Source of the DNA: Bacteroidota bacterium
GTDB lineage: Bacteria; Bacteroidota; Bacteroidia; NS11-12g; UBA955
Length of the DNA: 64,000 nucleotides
Assembly: GCA_027490055.1 (NCBI GenBank)
Contig: JAIXYV010000052.1
Location: forward strand, 10,193-74,192
Reading direction: 5' to 3'
Positions 8,591-17,904 of this stretch are shown piece after piece (position 1 is the stretch's first letter; each line of letters opens with the position of its first letter). Made by a program: the position numbers and the translations under genes. The notes under the pieces are model-generated. The model searched no databases and had not been told where the DNA came from. It saw only the letters and a program-made list of their open reading frames with translations.

Positions 8591-10302
8591 TGCGTATACC
8601 TTTACTCATACTCCAACTACTTGCCTGCCTGTTAATTCAGGCCCAGGAAGCCAAGCCAATTGTGAGCAAAGGCTTTATTCCACCTTTCGCTGGCGAAAAT
8701 CAAATTATTGGTACTTACTGCGAATTACGACCTAACCACTTCCACGGTGGATTAGATATCCGCACCGGTGGTGTAATTGGCCGACCAGTTATCGCTATTG
8801 GTGACGGCTATATTGCCAGAATCAATATTTCTAATGCAGGTTATGGAAAAGCTCTATACATCAACCACCCAAATGGCTACACCAGTGTTTATGCCCATCT
8901 TCATGAATTTCCAAAAGAAATTCAGTGGTTCATTGAGAAGAGTCAGTACAATCTGCAAAACTACGAAGTTGAATTATACCCCGATGCCGATGTGCTGCAG
9001 GTAAAACAAGGTCAACTCATTGCCTACAGCGGCAATTCTGGCGCCTCTCAGGGACCGCATCTGCACTTTGAAATTCGTGAAACTGCCTCTGAAGCGCCCG
9101 TTAACCCTTTGCTCTGTGGCATTAATATGCCCGACCATATTGCGCCTTCCATCTTAAACTTTTACCTGTATGGCAAAGACTCTCTTGTTAAGCTTCATAA
9201 TGGTCACTACCCTTCTATCAGCTTGCCAATGTACTCAACTCACACGGTAAAAAAAGGCAAGAAAAAAAAGAAAGTTAATGTTGTAATTGAGCGTCACAGC
9301 ATCGCTTATGGCACTTATGCACTAGGCGCTAACCTTAAAGATTACGCCACTTCTATGGGCGATAATAATGGGGTAAATTATATCACTATTTATAAAGATG
9401 GTACTTTGTTCTACGACTGCCGAATAGAACGATTTATGTTCTCTCAGATCAGAATGCACAATAACTATGTCGATTTCAGAAGGCATAAGGAATCAGGCAT
9501 CCGTATGCACAAACTTTTTATAGATGATGGTAGTACCCTCGATTTCTGGAAACATTCGCCTACTAATGGCTGGTTCACGATTAATGACTCAACGCCCCAT
9601 CAATTCAGAATCGTGGTGAAAGATGTCTATGGCAATAGCTCCGAAAAAACCATTACCATTGTTGGTCATCCCTCTGGAAGAAAAGTCAGCGACTATATCA
9701 GCCATTACCGACAAACCAAACTATGCAGAGCAGCAAAAGATAACTTACATGAGCTGGGAACAGATCTTTCCGTCTCCCTGCCTGCCCATACCCTCTATCA
9801 TGATTACGTCCTCAACTACTCTAAAAACACCAATAACACCTATTCCATAGGAAGTGTGCTGGTGCCGCTGGATAAGAAAATGATCCTCATTTATAAACTG
9901 AGTCCGCTTCAACTACTCAACGGTAATAAATACCTTGTACGCTGTAACGACGGTCGCAATTATTTCGGTGAATTAAAAAGCATCAATCATTACCATGTGC
10001 CAGTGAGAGATTTCGGCACTTTCCAGCTCTTACTCGATACCATCAAACCAACCATAAAACCTCTAACGATTAATCGCAACCGATATTTCTCATTTGATGT
10101 CGGAGACAATCTGGCTGGTGTCAAAGATTTTGATTTCTACATCAATGGTGTTTGGGTCTTGCTTAACTACGATTCAAAATCTGGTATTATTTCGGGTTTT
10201 ATTCCCAATCCGCTGGAAACAGGCAAACATACTGTCAGGTTAATTGTTAGAGATAACAGATTAAACGAACGAGAATATATCAGAACAATAGAAATACCAT
10301 GA
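8590..10302 (+). CDS. M23 family metallopeptidase (secreted)
   Basis: 570 aa with a signal peptide. The M23 zinc motifs HFHGGLDIR and GPHLHFEIR are present. Its start overlaps the upstream stop (TAATG). Confidence 0.85.
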   Translation: MRIPLLILQLLACLLIQAQEAKPIVSKGFIPPFAGENQIIGTYCELRPNHFHGGLDIRTGGVIGRPVIAIGDGYIARINISNAGYGKALYINHPNGYTSVYAHLHEFPKEIQWFIEKSQYNLQNYEVELYPDADVLQVKQGQLIAYSGNSGASQGPHLHFEIRETASEAPVNPLLCGINMPDHIAPSILNFYLYGKDSLVKLHNGHYPSISLPMYSTHTVKKGKKKKKVNVVIERHSIAYGTYALGANLKDYATSMGDNNGVNYITIYKDGTLFYDCRIERFMFSQIRMHNNYVDFRRHKESGIRMHKLFIDDGSTLDFWKHSPTNGWFTINDSTPHQFRIVVKDVYGNSSEKTITIVGHPSGRKVSDYISHYRQTKLCRAAKDNLHELGTDLSVSLPAHTLYHDYVLNYSKNTNNTYSIGSVLVPLDKKMILIYKLSPLQLLNGNKYLVRCNDGRNYFGELKSINHYHVPVRDFGTFQLLLDTIKPTIKPLTINRNRYFSFDVGDNLAGVKDFDFYINGVWVLLNYDSKSGIISGFIPNPLETGKHTVRLIVRDNRLNEREYIRTIEIP

Positions 10303-10748
10303 CGCATTTAGAAATCGGAAAAAAAGCCCCAGCCTTTAAAGGCAATGATCAAAATGGCAATGTTAGAGCACTGAAAGATTTTGCTGGACAAAAACTGGTT
10401 ATTTACTTCTACCCAAAAGATGACACACCTGGTTGCACAGCGCAAGCCTGCGATCTGAGAGACAACTATAAAAAACTCCTTAAAGCCGGATATCAGGTTA
10501 TTGGTATCAGTCCGGATACCGAAGCCAAACACCAGAAGTTTATTGCTAAATACGAATTGCCTTTCGACCTGATTGCTGATACCGATAATGCTATCGCTTT
10601 GAAATTTGGCGTTTGGGTTGAGAAATCAATGTACGGTCGCAAATACATGGGTATTGCCAGAACCACTTTTATTATTGATGAGAATGGAAAAATAACAGAT
10701 ATAATAGAAAAAGTGGATACCAAAGCTCACACAGCTCAGATCCTCTGA
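10299..10748 (+). CDS. bcp: Thioredoxin-dependent thiol peroxidase (Bcp-type peroxiredoxin)
   Basis: 149 aa with the active-site context YFYPKDDTPGCTAQAC. It has an ATGA overlap with the upstream gene. Confidence 0.9.
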   Translation: MTHLEIGKKAPAFKGNDQNGNVRALKDFAGQKLVIYFYPKDDTPGCTAQACDLRDNYKKLLKAGYQVIGISPDTEAKHQKFIAKYELPFDLIADTDNAIALKFGVWVEKSMYGRKYMGIARTTFIIDENGKITDIIEKVDTKAHTAQIL

Positions 10749-11207
10749 TTACTGCTTTACAAACTTGACATAACGGTCGCCGTCGAAATTAAACCAAGGT
10801 ATAAGCTCTAATGTTGTAGTGCTTTTACTTTTGAATTTCCAGTCGATGTTCACCCAGTCAAGCGCTCCGTTGCCACCAATCTTTAAACTCAGTTTACTGT
10901 AATCGTCGTTGCACTGCCAGGTTCCGGTAAATGTATCTGTACTGTTGCGGGCCTCAAACGGACCGTCATAATAAGTATTCTTATAAAGCTTAAAGGTATA
11001 ATCTGAATACATGGCAGTGGTATCACGCCCCTCAAATTTGGCTTGAGTAACACGAATGTCCTTATTAAGGATATAGGTCTCGAAAAACTGATTAAGTGTA
11101 TTAGGTTCGTATGCTTTTGCGGCAATAATTTCTTCTTTCTTTTTACAACTTGCCAGCAGGCAAATTCCAATGATTACTAAAGAAAAAATATGTCTGTTGT
11201 GCATCAT
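10749..11207 (-). CDS. Hypothetical lipoprotein
   Basis: 152 aa with a lipobox (LLASC). It overlaps the rpoN stop by 4 nt, so it is co-transcribed downstream of rpoN. Confidence 0.6.
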   Translation of the reverse strand: MMHNRHIFSLVIIGICLLASCKKKEEIIAAKAYEPNTLNQFFETYILNKDIRVTQAKFEGRDTTAMYSDYTFKLYKNTYYDGPFEARNSTDTFTGTWQCNDDYSKLSLKIGGNGALDWVNIDWKFKSKSTTTLELIPWFNFDGDRYVKFVKQ

Positions 11208-12691
11208 AATTCTTTTCTAAGACGAGCTACCGGTATGTTGAGCTGCTCTCTGTATTTAGCCACTGTTCTGCGGGCAATATTATACCCCTTTTCCTTTAGC
11301 AAATCCATTAGTGCTTCGTCTGTCAATGGCTTCTTCTTACTCTCTCCGGCAATAGCATCACTAAGAATTTTCTTTACCTCGCGGTTACTAACCTCTTCGC
11401 CACTTTCGTTCACAATACCTTCAGAGAAGAAATATTTTAAAGGGAAAATACCAAAGTCTGTCTGCACATACTTACTATTGGCAACCCTGGAAATGGTAGA
11501 AATATCCATCTGAATTCTGTCGGCAATATCTTTCAGAATCATAGGTTTCAAGCTCGTTTCATCTCCGTATAAAAAGAAATCTTTCTGAGCACTAACAATC
11601 GCTGTCATAGTTAACTGCAAGGTTTGCTGTCTTTGCTTAACACTATCAATAAACCATTTAGCGCCATCCAGTTTCTGCTTAATGTATTGAACCGCATCCT
11701 TCAGATTCTTATCCTTTCCATTGTCCTTATCATAGGCTTGCAATGTCTCGCTGTATGAATGACTCAACTTTAACTCTGGTGCATTTCTGGAATTTAAAAT
11801 AACCCTTAAAATACCATCTTCGTTGACTACAGTAAAATCAGGAATGATGTACTGAGAAACTGACTGCGACTGAGATTGACCTGGCTTTGGGTTCAGCTTG
11901 GTAATTTCTGACAAAGCGCCTTTTAAATCCTCGTCATTGATCTTTAGTGAACTTTTTATTTTGTCATAATGCTTCTTCACAAAAGCATCCATGTAGTCGG
12001 CAATAATTTTTTCAGCCAAATCCAGGGCTTTGTTCCCGCCGTAATCTTTCTTATACAACTGCAGTAGAAGACATTCCTGCAAATTTCTTGCTCCGATACC
12101 AGGTGGGTCGAAGTTCTGAATCTTTGTTAATATTCGCTCTAAATGGTCTTCGTTAGTACTGATGTTTTCTGTAAAGGCCAAATCGTTAACGATGGCATTC
12201 AACTCGCGTCTCAGATAACCATCTTCTTCAATATTACCTACCAGATGCAGGGCTAATTGAAGATCATCTCCTTCTTCAAAATTGGCATGTACCTGATCTA
12301 CCAGAAAATCGTAAAAGCTCTGCTGATAAGCAATCGGCATCTCCTTGTGTTCCTCGTCGCCGTAATCATCCGTCATTTTAAAACTTGCGGTATGATCATC
12401 GCCTGTCAGAAACTCCGACACATCAAATTCATCACTTTCGTATGATTCGGTGCTGTTGTAGTCGTCGTTCAGAGATTCTTCATTGCTGAATTCATCTTTT
12501 CTGGTCTCAGAAGCGGTAAAGGCACCCGGATCATTCTCGTCCTCTCCCTTTTCAAGAGCCGGATTATCCAGTAATTCCTGCTCCACACGCTCCTCAAAAT
12601 CAGCCGTAGTCATCTGCAACAGCTTGATAAATTGTATCTGCTGTGGCGACAATTTTTGCAGTAATTTCTGACTGAGAGTTTGTTTTAACAT
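11204..12691 (-). CDS. rpoN: RNA polymerase sigma-54 factor
   Basis: 495 aa. It has an N-terminal Q/L-rich region, an acidic region II, and a C-terminal RpoN box (ARRTVAKYREQL). Confidence 0.95.
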   Translation of the reverse strand: MLKQTLSQKLLQKLSPQQIQFIKLLQMTTADFEERVEQELLDNPALEKGEDENDPGAFTASETRKDEFSNEESLNDDYNSTESYESDEFDVSEFLTGDDHTASFKMTDDYGDEEHKEMPIAYQQSFYDFLVDQVHANFEEGDDLQLALHLVGNIEEDGYLRRELNAIVNDLAFTENISTNEDHLERILTKIQNFDPPGIGARNLQECLLLQLYKKDYGGNKALDLAEKIIADYMDAFVKKHYDKIKSSLKINDEDLKGALSEITKLNPKPGQSQSQSVSQYIIPDFTVVNEDGILRVILNSRNAPELKLSHSYSETLQAYDKDNGKDKNLKDAVQYIKQKLDGAKWFIDSVKQRQQTLQLTMTAIVSAQKDFFLYGDETSLKPMILKDIADRIQMDISTISRVANSKYVQTDFGIFPLKYFFSEGIVNESGEEVSNREVKKILSDAIAGESKKKPLTDEALMDLLKEKGYNIARRTVAKYREQLNIPVARLRKEL

Positions 12692-12732
12692 GAATTTTTA
12701 GATTGGATGCCTAAATTATCTGCAAAGTAAAC

Positions 12733-12740
12733 TAATTTTG
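12733..12740 (+). promoter_or_regulatory. TAnnTTTG -7 box (TAATTTTG) 27 nt upstream of asnS
   Basis: Exact motif. It lies within the inverted repeat ctgcaaa/tttgcag (12720-12743) shared with the divergent rpoN promoter region. Confidence 0.5.
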
Positions 12741-12767
12741 CAGTTTTATTAAAGATAATTATTCAAA

Positions 12768-14282
12768 ATGTATATTAAGGATCTATCAGGTTTCGAAGGA
12801 CAAGAAGTTACTCTGAAAGGATGGGTAGCCAACAGAAGGGACAGCAAAGGCCTTGTGTTTATAAATTTAAGAGACGGTAGCGGTGTATGTCAGTGCATTG
12901 CTGATGCGACTAAAATCAGTGAAAATGACTTTGAATGTGCCGGAAAACTTGGTCTCGAAAGTGCAGTAGAAATTACTGGTACAGTGGTAAAAGACGAACG
13001 TCAGATTGGTGGTTTTGAAGTGCATGTTTCTAAACTCAATGTCTACCAGTATGCCGAAGAATACCCAATCGCTAAAAAAGAACACGGTATCGAGTTCCTA
13101 ATGGATAAACGCCACCTTTGGCTGAGAAGTCAGAGACAATGGGCTATCCTGCGTATCAGAAATACCATCATTTACAGCATCCACCAGTTCTTCCAGAAAG
13201 AGGGTTTTGTTCAGATGGACGCGCCTGTTTTTACCGGTAACGCCTGCGAAGGAACTACTAACCTTTTTGAAACTGACTTCTATGGCGATCCTGCTTACCT
13301 CTCTCAAAGTGGTCAGCTATATGGCGAAGCTATGGCCATGGCCTTTGGTAAAATTTATACTTTCGGACCGACTTTCAGAGCTGAAAAAAGTAAAACCAGA
13401 AGACACTTGTCTGAATTCTGGATGATTGAACCTGAAATGGCTTTCTTTGATATCCATCAGAACATGGACCTCATCGAATCTTTTCTTCAATACGTTATCA
13501 AAGAAGTTCTCGATAAGTGCCAGAACGAATTACAACTGATCGACAGAAATACCGATATCCTAAAAACCAGTCTGAAACCTTTCCCTCGTCTTACCTACGA
13601 CGAAGCAGTAGCTATCATCAAAGGCGAAAAAGATGTGAATGGTGTTAACAGTATCAAATCTCTGGAAGAAGAATTGGCAAAAGTAGAAGCTGCTATCACC
13701 ACCACTATTGCTGAAATCGCTGATCGCGAAGCAAAAATTGCTGTGCCTGGTATGAAAAAAGGAGAAATCAACTTCAACCAGAATAAAATCGCAACGCTTA
13801 AAAACGATCTTAAAGAGCTTGAAGAACAACAAAGAAATATTCCTACCTGGATTGCCAGTGCTAAGAACTTTGAATATGGCAACGACCTGGGTGGTAGCGA
13901 TGAAACCGTTATTACCCGTTTGTTTGATGTGCCAATTATGGTGTACGACTGGCCACACGAAGTGAAAGCCTTCTACCTCAAACGCAATCCTGATAATCCA
14001 AGATTTGCAAGAGGTGTCGATGTTTTGGCTCCGGAAGGTTATGGCGAAATCGTTGGTGGTGGCGAAAGAGAAACCGATGAAATGAAACTCAGAGAGAAAA
14101 TTACCGAACACGAATTGCCAATGGAGGCTTTCGAATGGTACCTCGACCTGAGAAAATATGGCAGTGTGCCTCACGCAGGTTTTGGTTTAGGTCTCGAACG
14201 TTTAGTAACCTGGTTATGCCAGCTGAAACACGTTAGAGAAAGTATTCCATTCCCTAGAATGTACGGCCGTTTATTGCCTTAA
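12768..14282 (+). CDS. asnS: Asparagine--tRNA ligase with internal coiled-coil-like insertion
   Basis: 504 aa. It has an OB anticodon-binding N-terminus and the class II motifs FRAEKSKTRRHLSEFWMIEPE and GFGLGLERL. An extra helical segment of about 70 aa lies at residues ~293-366. Confidence 0.93.
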   Translation: MYIKDLSGFEGQEVTLKGWVANRRDSKGLVFINLRDGSGVCQCIADATKISENDFECAGKLGLESAVEITGTVVKDERQIGGFEVHVSKLNVYQYAEEYPIAKKEHGIEFLMDKRHLWLRSQRQWAILRIRNTIIYSIHQFFQKEGFVQMDAPVFTGNACEGTTNLFETDFYGDPAYLSQSGQLYGEAMAMAFGKIYTFGPTFRAEKSKTRRHLSEFWMIEPEMAFFDIHQNMDLIESFLQYVIKEVLDKCQNELQLIDRNTDILKTSLKPFPRLTYDEAVAIIKGEKDVNGVNSIKSLEEELAKVEAAITTTIAEIADREAKIAVPGMKKGEINFNQNKIATLKNDLKELEEQQRNIPTWIASAKNFEYGNDLGGSDETVITRLFDVPIMVYDWPHEVKAFYLKRNPDNPRFARGVDVLAPEGYGEIVGGGERETDEMKLREKITEHELPMEAFEWYLDLRKYGSVPHAGFGLGLERLVTWLCQLKHVRESIPFPRMYGRLLP

Positions 14283-14700
14283 TCCTTAAAAGCTTTTTTC
14301 ACACAGTATCATTTTTTCAGCATTTTTATCGCTGATGAGCATCTGATGTGCAATTTTTTTCATCACTTTTTTACTTTTTAAGGGAAATATACCTATCCGA
14401 TTTTTAGGCTTTTCCTATCGGCAATATTCGATTGAGCGATGTGATTATTGTATAAAAACTTTCTCAATTTGAAAATGAACTATTTTTAATTGACTGTTTT
14501 TTTCATGATTTAACATTCTCCTAATTGTATGATTTTTTAAAAGTAAACTGACTTTTAATTGCTTAAAAAATTAAGACCCTCTTAATCCTATTTTAACGAT
14601 TTTTTAGTCTTGTGGGTAATAAATACTATTCACCAGGAAAAATATGCACAAGTGTAAGAATACACTCAATATTTTTGGTGCAAATTCGTTGAATTATCAA

Positions 14701-14708
14701 TATTTTTG
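14701..14708 (+). promoter_or_regulatory. TAnnTTTG -7 box (TATTTTTG) 6 nt before ATG 14715 (leaderless-type)
   Basis: Sequence TATTTTTG-cgacgc-ATG. A second copy, TATTTTTG, lies about 30 nt upstream. Confidence 0.5.
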
Positions 14709-14714
14709 CGACGC

Positions 14715-16550
14715 ATGAAAAATTTCCGACTACAATTAGGTCTTCTGAGTTTGCTAATTTGTCTAAGCACTCAGTTATCATTCTCTCAGACAACCAAAAA
14801 AAATGATGGTAAAGCAGCACCTCAACCTGCCGCCCCAATTACACAGAAATACAGCTTGTATTTTGATATTGGTAAAGATAAAATCAAACCTGAAGGTTAT
14901 AAAACGCTCGACTCTCTGGTGGCATTACTTCAAACCAATCCAAATGTGAGACGTATTCAGGTTAATGGTTACGCCGATACAACTGGTGGCGCCGAAGCCA
15001 ATATGGAATTGTCTAACCGTCGTACCGATACAGTATCTAACTACATCACAGGTAAAGGTCTGATGAAGTTCAAAGTAAAATTTGCTTCTGCCTTCTTCGG
15101 TGAAATGGCGACAGGCAAAGAAACCGACCTCAGCGAAATGCGCCGTGTGGATGTGGTGCTTTACATGGCCCGTCCAGACAGAGATACCATCATCAAATCT
15201 GGTTGCGCTTCAGTAAAAGTTAAAGCTAATACCTTCGAAAACTATAACAATGATGAACTGGTGTTCAGCATCATTTATGTCGACAATGCTGAAGACATGA
15301 AGAAGTATAACCTTAGCAACCTGGATAATGAAGGTAACAAACTCTTAAGTGGTGGTATGTTTAAAGTAACGGCTACTTTTAAAGGCAAACCTATTAAAGG
15401 TATTCTTCCGGTTGATGTCGAACTGCCAATGGCTAACCACGCCATGGATTACAATCTTTACACTGGTGTTGAAGAAAAAAACAAACCTGTTACCTGGAAA
15501 CTAACCGACAAGAAAATATCTGATCTTAGAAACTCCTTCACTTCTGGTGACAAACCATGCTACACTTCTTCTGTTAGCAATATCAACCTCAATATCTGGC
15601 ACAATGCCGATAAGAAATTTAGTTGCGGTTACTGCAATGCCGATCCGTTTGGCGGACTTGAAACTCCGGATAAAACTGACCCTTATGCCAACTTCGGTAA
15701 AGATAAATCTATTGTCATCCTGAACGATGGCTGCTTCAAAAAACTGGATGCTACCAAAGCTTACTTTAAAGTAGAAGATGATCTGTATCCTGAAACTTTC
15801 CTGAATTTCTGCAATGCTTTCTTATTGCCAGGTGTAGATAATATCCCTGAAATTCCAAAGTATGAGAGAGAACTGGTAAAGTTCATTGACTTTAATGTCA
15901 CTACCGCTAAAAATGATACTGCAGACATGATTATGGTTAAGAAAACCAAAGTATTAATCATGGTGCCAAAAAGTAAATTCCCTGCACACGACGGTAAACA
16001 ATATGCTATCCTACCCGCAGATACTAAAAAAGATAACTTCGAAGACTGGACGACCAAAATCGTTTTGAATGATGCTTGCCAAGGTTTAGCTAACTGCGAC
16101 TACTGGGTATTTGAAGCGCCTTTCACTGGTTTCTACGCTTTGCTTGAAGTAACACCTACAGATAAAAAAGGTAGTAAAGGTAATGATTTGGCTGACGGTG
16201 ATGGTAGCGAAGCGCCTGCCAAAAATGTTACCGTTAAATCTAAGAAGTTCAACAATGTATTGCTGGTATACGGTGCCAAAGAAAGCAACACTGCCAGATC
16301 TGCTAAGTTTGTAAAAAACAAAGGTAAAAATTCAATTAACGAACCTGATATCGCCAAGAAAGAAAAGAAACAACACGCTAATGATGTATTCATGGCTTAT
16401 GTTGTAAAAAGTGGCAAGCGCTATGCCTGGATTGGTAAAGGCAGTCAGTTAAAAACTAATATTTTCACAGGCAACTGGAAAACACCAAAACTTCAATACG
16501 TTCCAGATGAAGAATGGGAAAACTTTGTGAAGAAGGCTTGTGAAGAGTAA
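14715..16550 (+). CDS. Secreted protein with N-terminal OmpA-like (peptidoglycan-binding) domain and large unknown C-terminal region
   Basis: Signal peptide MKNFRLQLGLLSLLICLSTQLSFSQ. The OmpA-C-like block is YFDIGKDKIKPEGYKTLDSLV...VNGYADTTGGAEANMELSNRRTDTV. About 450 aa follow with no motif I recognise. Confidence 0.7.
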   Translation: MKNFRLQLGLLSLLICLSTQLSFSQTTKKNDGKAAPQPAAPITQKYSLYFDIGKDKIKPEGYKTLDSLVALLQTNPNVRRIQVNGYADTTGGAEANMELSNRRTDTVSNYITGKGLMKFKVKFASAFFGEMATGKETDLSEMRRVDVVLYMARPDRDTIIKSGCASVKVKANTFENYNNDELVFSIIYVDNAEDMKKYNLSNLDNEGNKLLSGGMFKVTATFKGKPIKGILPVDVELPMANHAMDYNLYTGVEEKNKPVTWKLTDKKISDLRNSFTSGDKPCYTSSVSNINLNIWHNADKKFSCGYCNADPFGGLETPDKTDPYANFGKDKSIVILNDGCFKKLDATKAYFKVEDDLYPETFLNFCNAFLLPGVDNIPEIPKYERELVKFIDFNVTTAKNDTADMIMVKKTKVLIMVPKSKFPAHDGKQYAILPADTKKDNFEDWTTKIVLNDACQGLANCDYWVFEAPFTGFYALLEVTPTDKKGSKGNDLADGDGSEAPAKNVTVKSKKFNNVLLVYGAKESNTARSAKFVKNKGKNSINEPDIAKKEKKQHANDVFMAYVVKSGKRYAWIGKGSQLKTNIFTGNWKTPKLQYVPDEEWENFVKKACEE

Positions 16551-16567
16551 AATTAAATAAAATATTT

Positions 16568-16603
16568 TAAAAAGAGCGGTTGATTGTCAATCGCTCTTTT
16601 TTT
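16568..16603. terminator. Bidirectional terminator hairpin between convergent genes
   Basis: aaaaagagcggttga-ttg-tcaatcgctcttttttt forms a stem of about 11 bp, flanked by an A-run and a T-run. It overlaps the mnmA stop codon. Confidence 0.7.
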
Positions 16604-17777
16604 ATCCAATAACACCGCTGCCAATGAGTTCATCACCTGAATACCATGCAGCAAACTGCCCAGCAGCAACGGCTTTGACAGGATGTTCGAAAACCAAATA
16701 AAGGCCTTCCTGACGAGCATACAAAGTGGCTTTTACCAAGGTCTGACGATAACGGATTCTTACCATATAGTCAATTTGATTGCCTATCTCCAGCTTTAAA
16801 TCCTGCCTGATCCAGTGCACATCGCCCGCTGGTATAAATAAGCCATTTCTCAATAAACCAGGATGGGTATCTCCCATACCTATAAAAATAGTATTGGTGA
16901 TAGTATCTGTTGCTATCACATAAACACCCTCTGCCATACCTCCAACGTTCAGTCCTTTACGCTGACCAATGGTGTAGTAGTGAGCACCGTTATGTTCGCC
17001 AACTTTCTTACCGTCCTTTTCTTCGTAGTTGATCTTAGCGCAGAGTTCTTTTAAGTCGCCCGCTTCTATTGTCTTCTCGGCATATTTATCAGACTTGGCA
17101 CTGATCTCTATGATAGACCCTTTTTTGGGCAATAATTGTTGTTGCAAAAATTCGGGTAATCTTACTTTACCAATGAAACATAAGCCTTGAGAGTCTTTCT
17201 TTTCAGCAGTAGCCAATCCCATTTTTGCAGCGATAGCTCTCACTTCCGGTTTGGTTAAATGGCCAATCGGAAAAAGTGCCTTAGCTAACTGCGACTGGGT
17301 AACCTGACATAGAAAATAACTTTGGTCTTTGTTAAGGTCTTTGCCGGCAAGTAACCTGTATACTTTCCCATCGGCTGTTTCAAGAATGTCCTTTTGACAA
17401 TAATGGCCGGTAGCTACAAACTCAGCCCCTAATTGCTCTGCCGCTTTTAAGAAAACATCAAACTTGATTTCGCGGTTGCAAAGTACATCCGGATTGGGTG
17501 TTCTGCCTGCTTCGTACTCAGCAAACATATAGTCAACGATGCGCTTGCGGTATTCATCACTTAAATCAATTGTCTGAAACGGAATTCCAAGACTTTCAGC
17601 CACCAGCATAGCATCATTACTGTCATCTATCCAGGGGCACTCATCGCTGATGGTAACCGAAGTGTCATGCCAGTTTTTCATGAACATGCCAATAACTTCG
17701 TGCCCCGCTTCTTTTAACAGATACGCCGCAACAGAAGAATCAACTCCTCCACTTAAACCTACAACAACCTTTGCCAT
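16602..17777 (-). CDS. mnmA: tRNA 2-thiouridine(34) synthase
   Basis: The PP-loop [21 protein letters not shown] is present. The start is set at the ATG 10 nt downstream of a TATATTTG box. The track ORF (to 17855) adds an unlikely 26-aa extension. Confidence 0.9.
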   Translation of the reverse strand: MAKVVVGLSGGVDSSVAAYLLKEAGHEVIGMFMKNWHDTSVTISDECPWIDDSNDAMLVAESLGIPFQTIDLSDEYRKRIVDYMFAEYEAGRTPNPDVLCNREIKFDVFLKAAEQLGAEFVATGHYCQKDILETADGKVYRLLAGKDLNKDQSYFLCQVTQSQLAKALFPIGHLTKPEVRAIAAKMGLATAEKKDSQGLCFIGKVRLPEFLQQQLLPKKGSIIEISAKSDKYAEKTIEAGDLKELCAKINYEEKDGKKVGEHNGAHYYTIGQRKGLNVGGMAEGVYVIATDTITNTIFIGMGDTHPGLLRNGLFIPAGDVHWIRQDLKLEIGNQIDYMVRIRYRQTLVKATLYARQEGLYLVFEHPVKAVAAGQFAAWYSGDELIGSGVIG

Positions 17778-17787
17778 TTTCCGACTG

Positions 17788-17795
17788 CAAATATA
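17788..17795 (-). promoter_or_regulatory. TAnnTTTG -7 box (TATATTTG) 10 nt upstream of the mnmA ATG
   Basis: Exact motif on the minus strand. Confidence 0.5.
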
Positions 17796-17892
17796 CTTCG
17801 AATTTTGCGTTTTCAGGGGCATGCTGTTTTGGAGGTCCCTCAATTCCCCTATCAATCCTTTCTATAAACGCAAATATTTCATTTAATCCACC

Positions 17893-17900
17893 TAATTTTG
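17893..17900 (+). promoter_or_regulatory. TAnnTTTG -7 box (TAATTTTG) 4 nt before ATG 17905 (leaderless-type)
   Basis: Sequence TAATTTTG-cccc-ATG. Confidence 0.6.
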
Positions 17901-17904
17901 CCCC

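Noticed and set aside
9249-9269. A7 and A8 runs encoding KKGKKKKK inside the M23 peptidase, as a possible phase-variation or ribosome-sliding site
   Set aside because: The reading frame is intact, and the tract simply encodes a Lys-rich linker. The homopolymers are short for efficient slipped-strand switching, and no alternative-frame ORF continues productively.
13560-14174. 204-aa ORF antisense to asnS. Similar long antisense ORFs occur at 6764-7144, 17959-18345, 48154-48570, 54089-54524 and 57033-57848.
   Set aside because: All lie inside strongly supported genes on the other strand. Their translations are F/I/K-rich nonsense without motifs. This is the expected by-product of AT-rich, codon-biased coding DNA.
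14283-14714. The 430-nt AT-rich spacer as a replication origin or riboswitch
   Set aside because: I found only one near-match to a DnaA box (TGTGGGTAA at about 14612), with no cluster and no adjacent dnaA or dnaN. I could see no conserved riboswitch core or extended pairing by eye. The downstream gene, an OmpA-like protein, is not a typical riboswitch target.
14644-14718. 24-codon upstream ORF (MHKCKNTLNIFGANSLNYQYFCDA) whose TGA overlaps the main ATG
   Set aside because: It spans the two predicted -7 boxes, so it would mostly lie upstream of the transcription start. It is probably a chance ORF.
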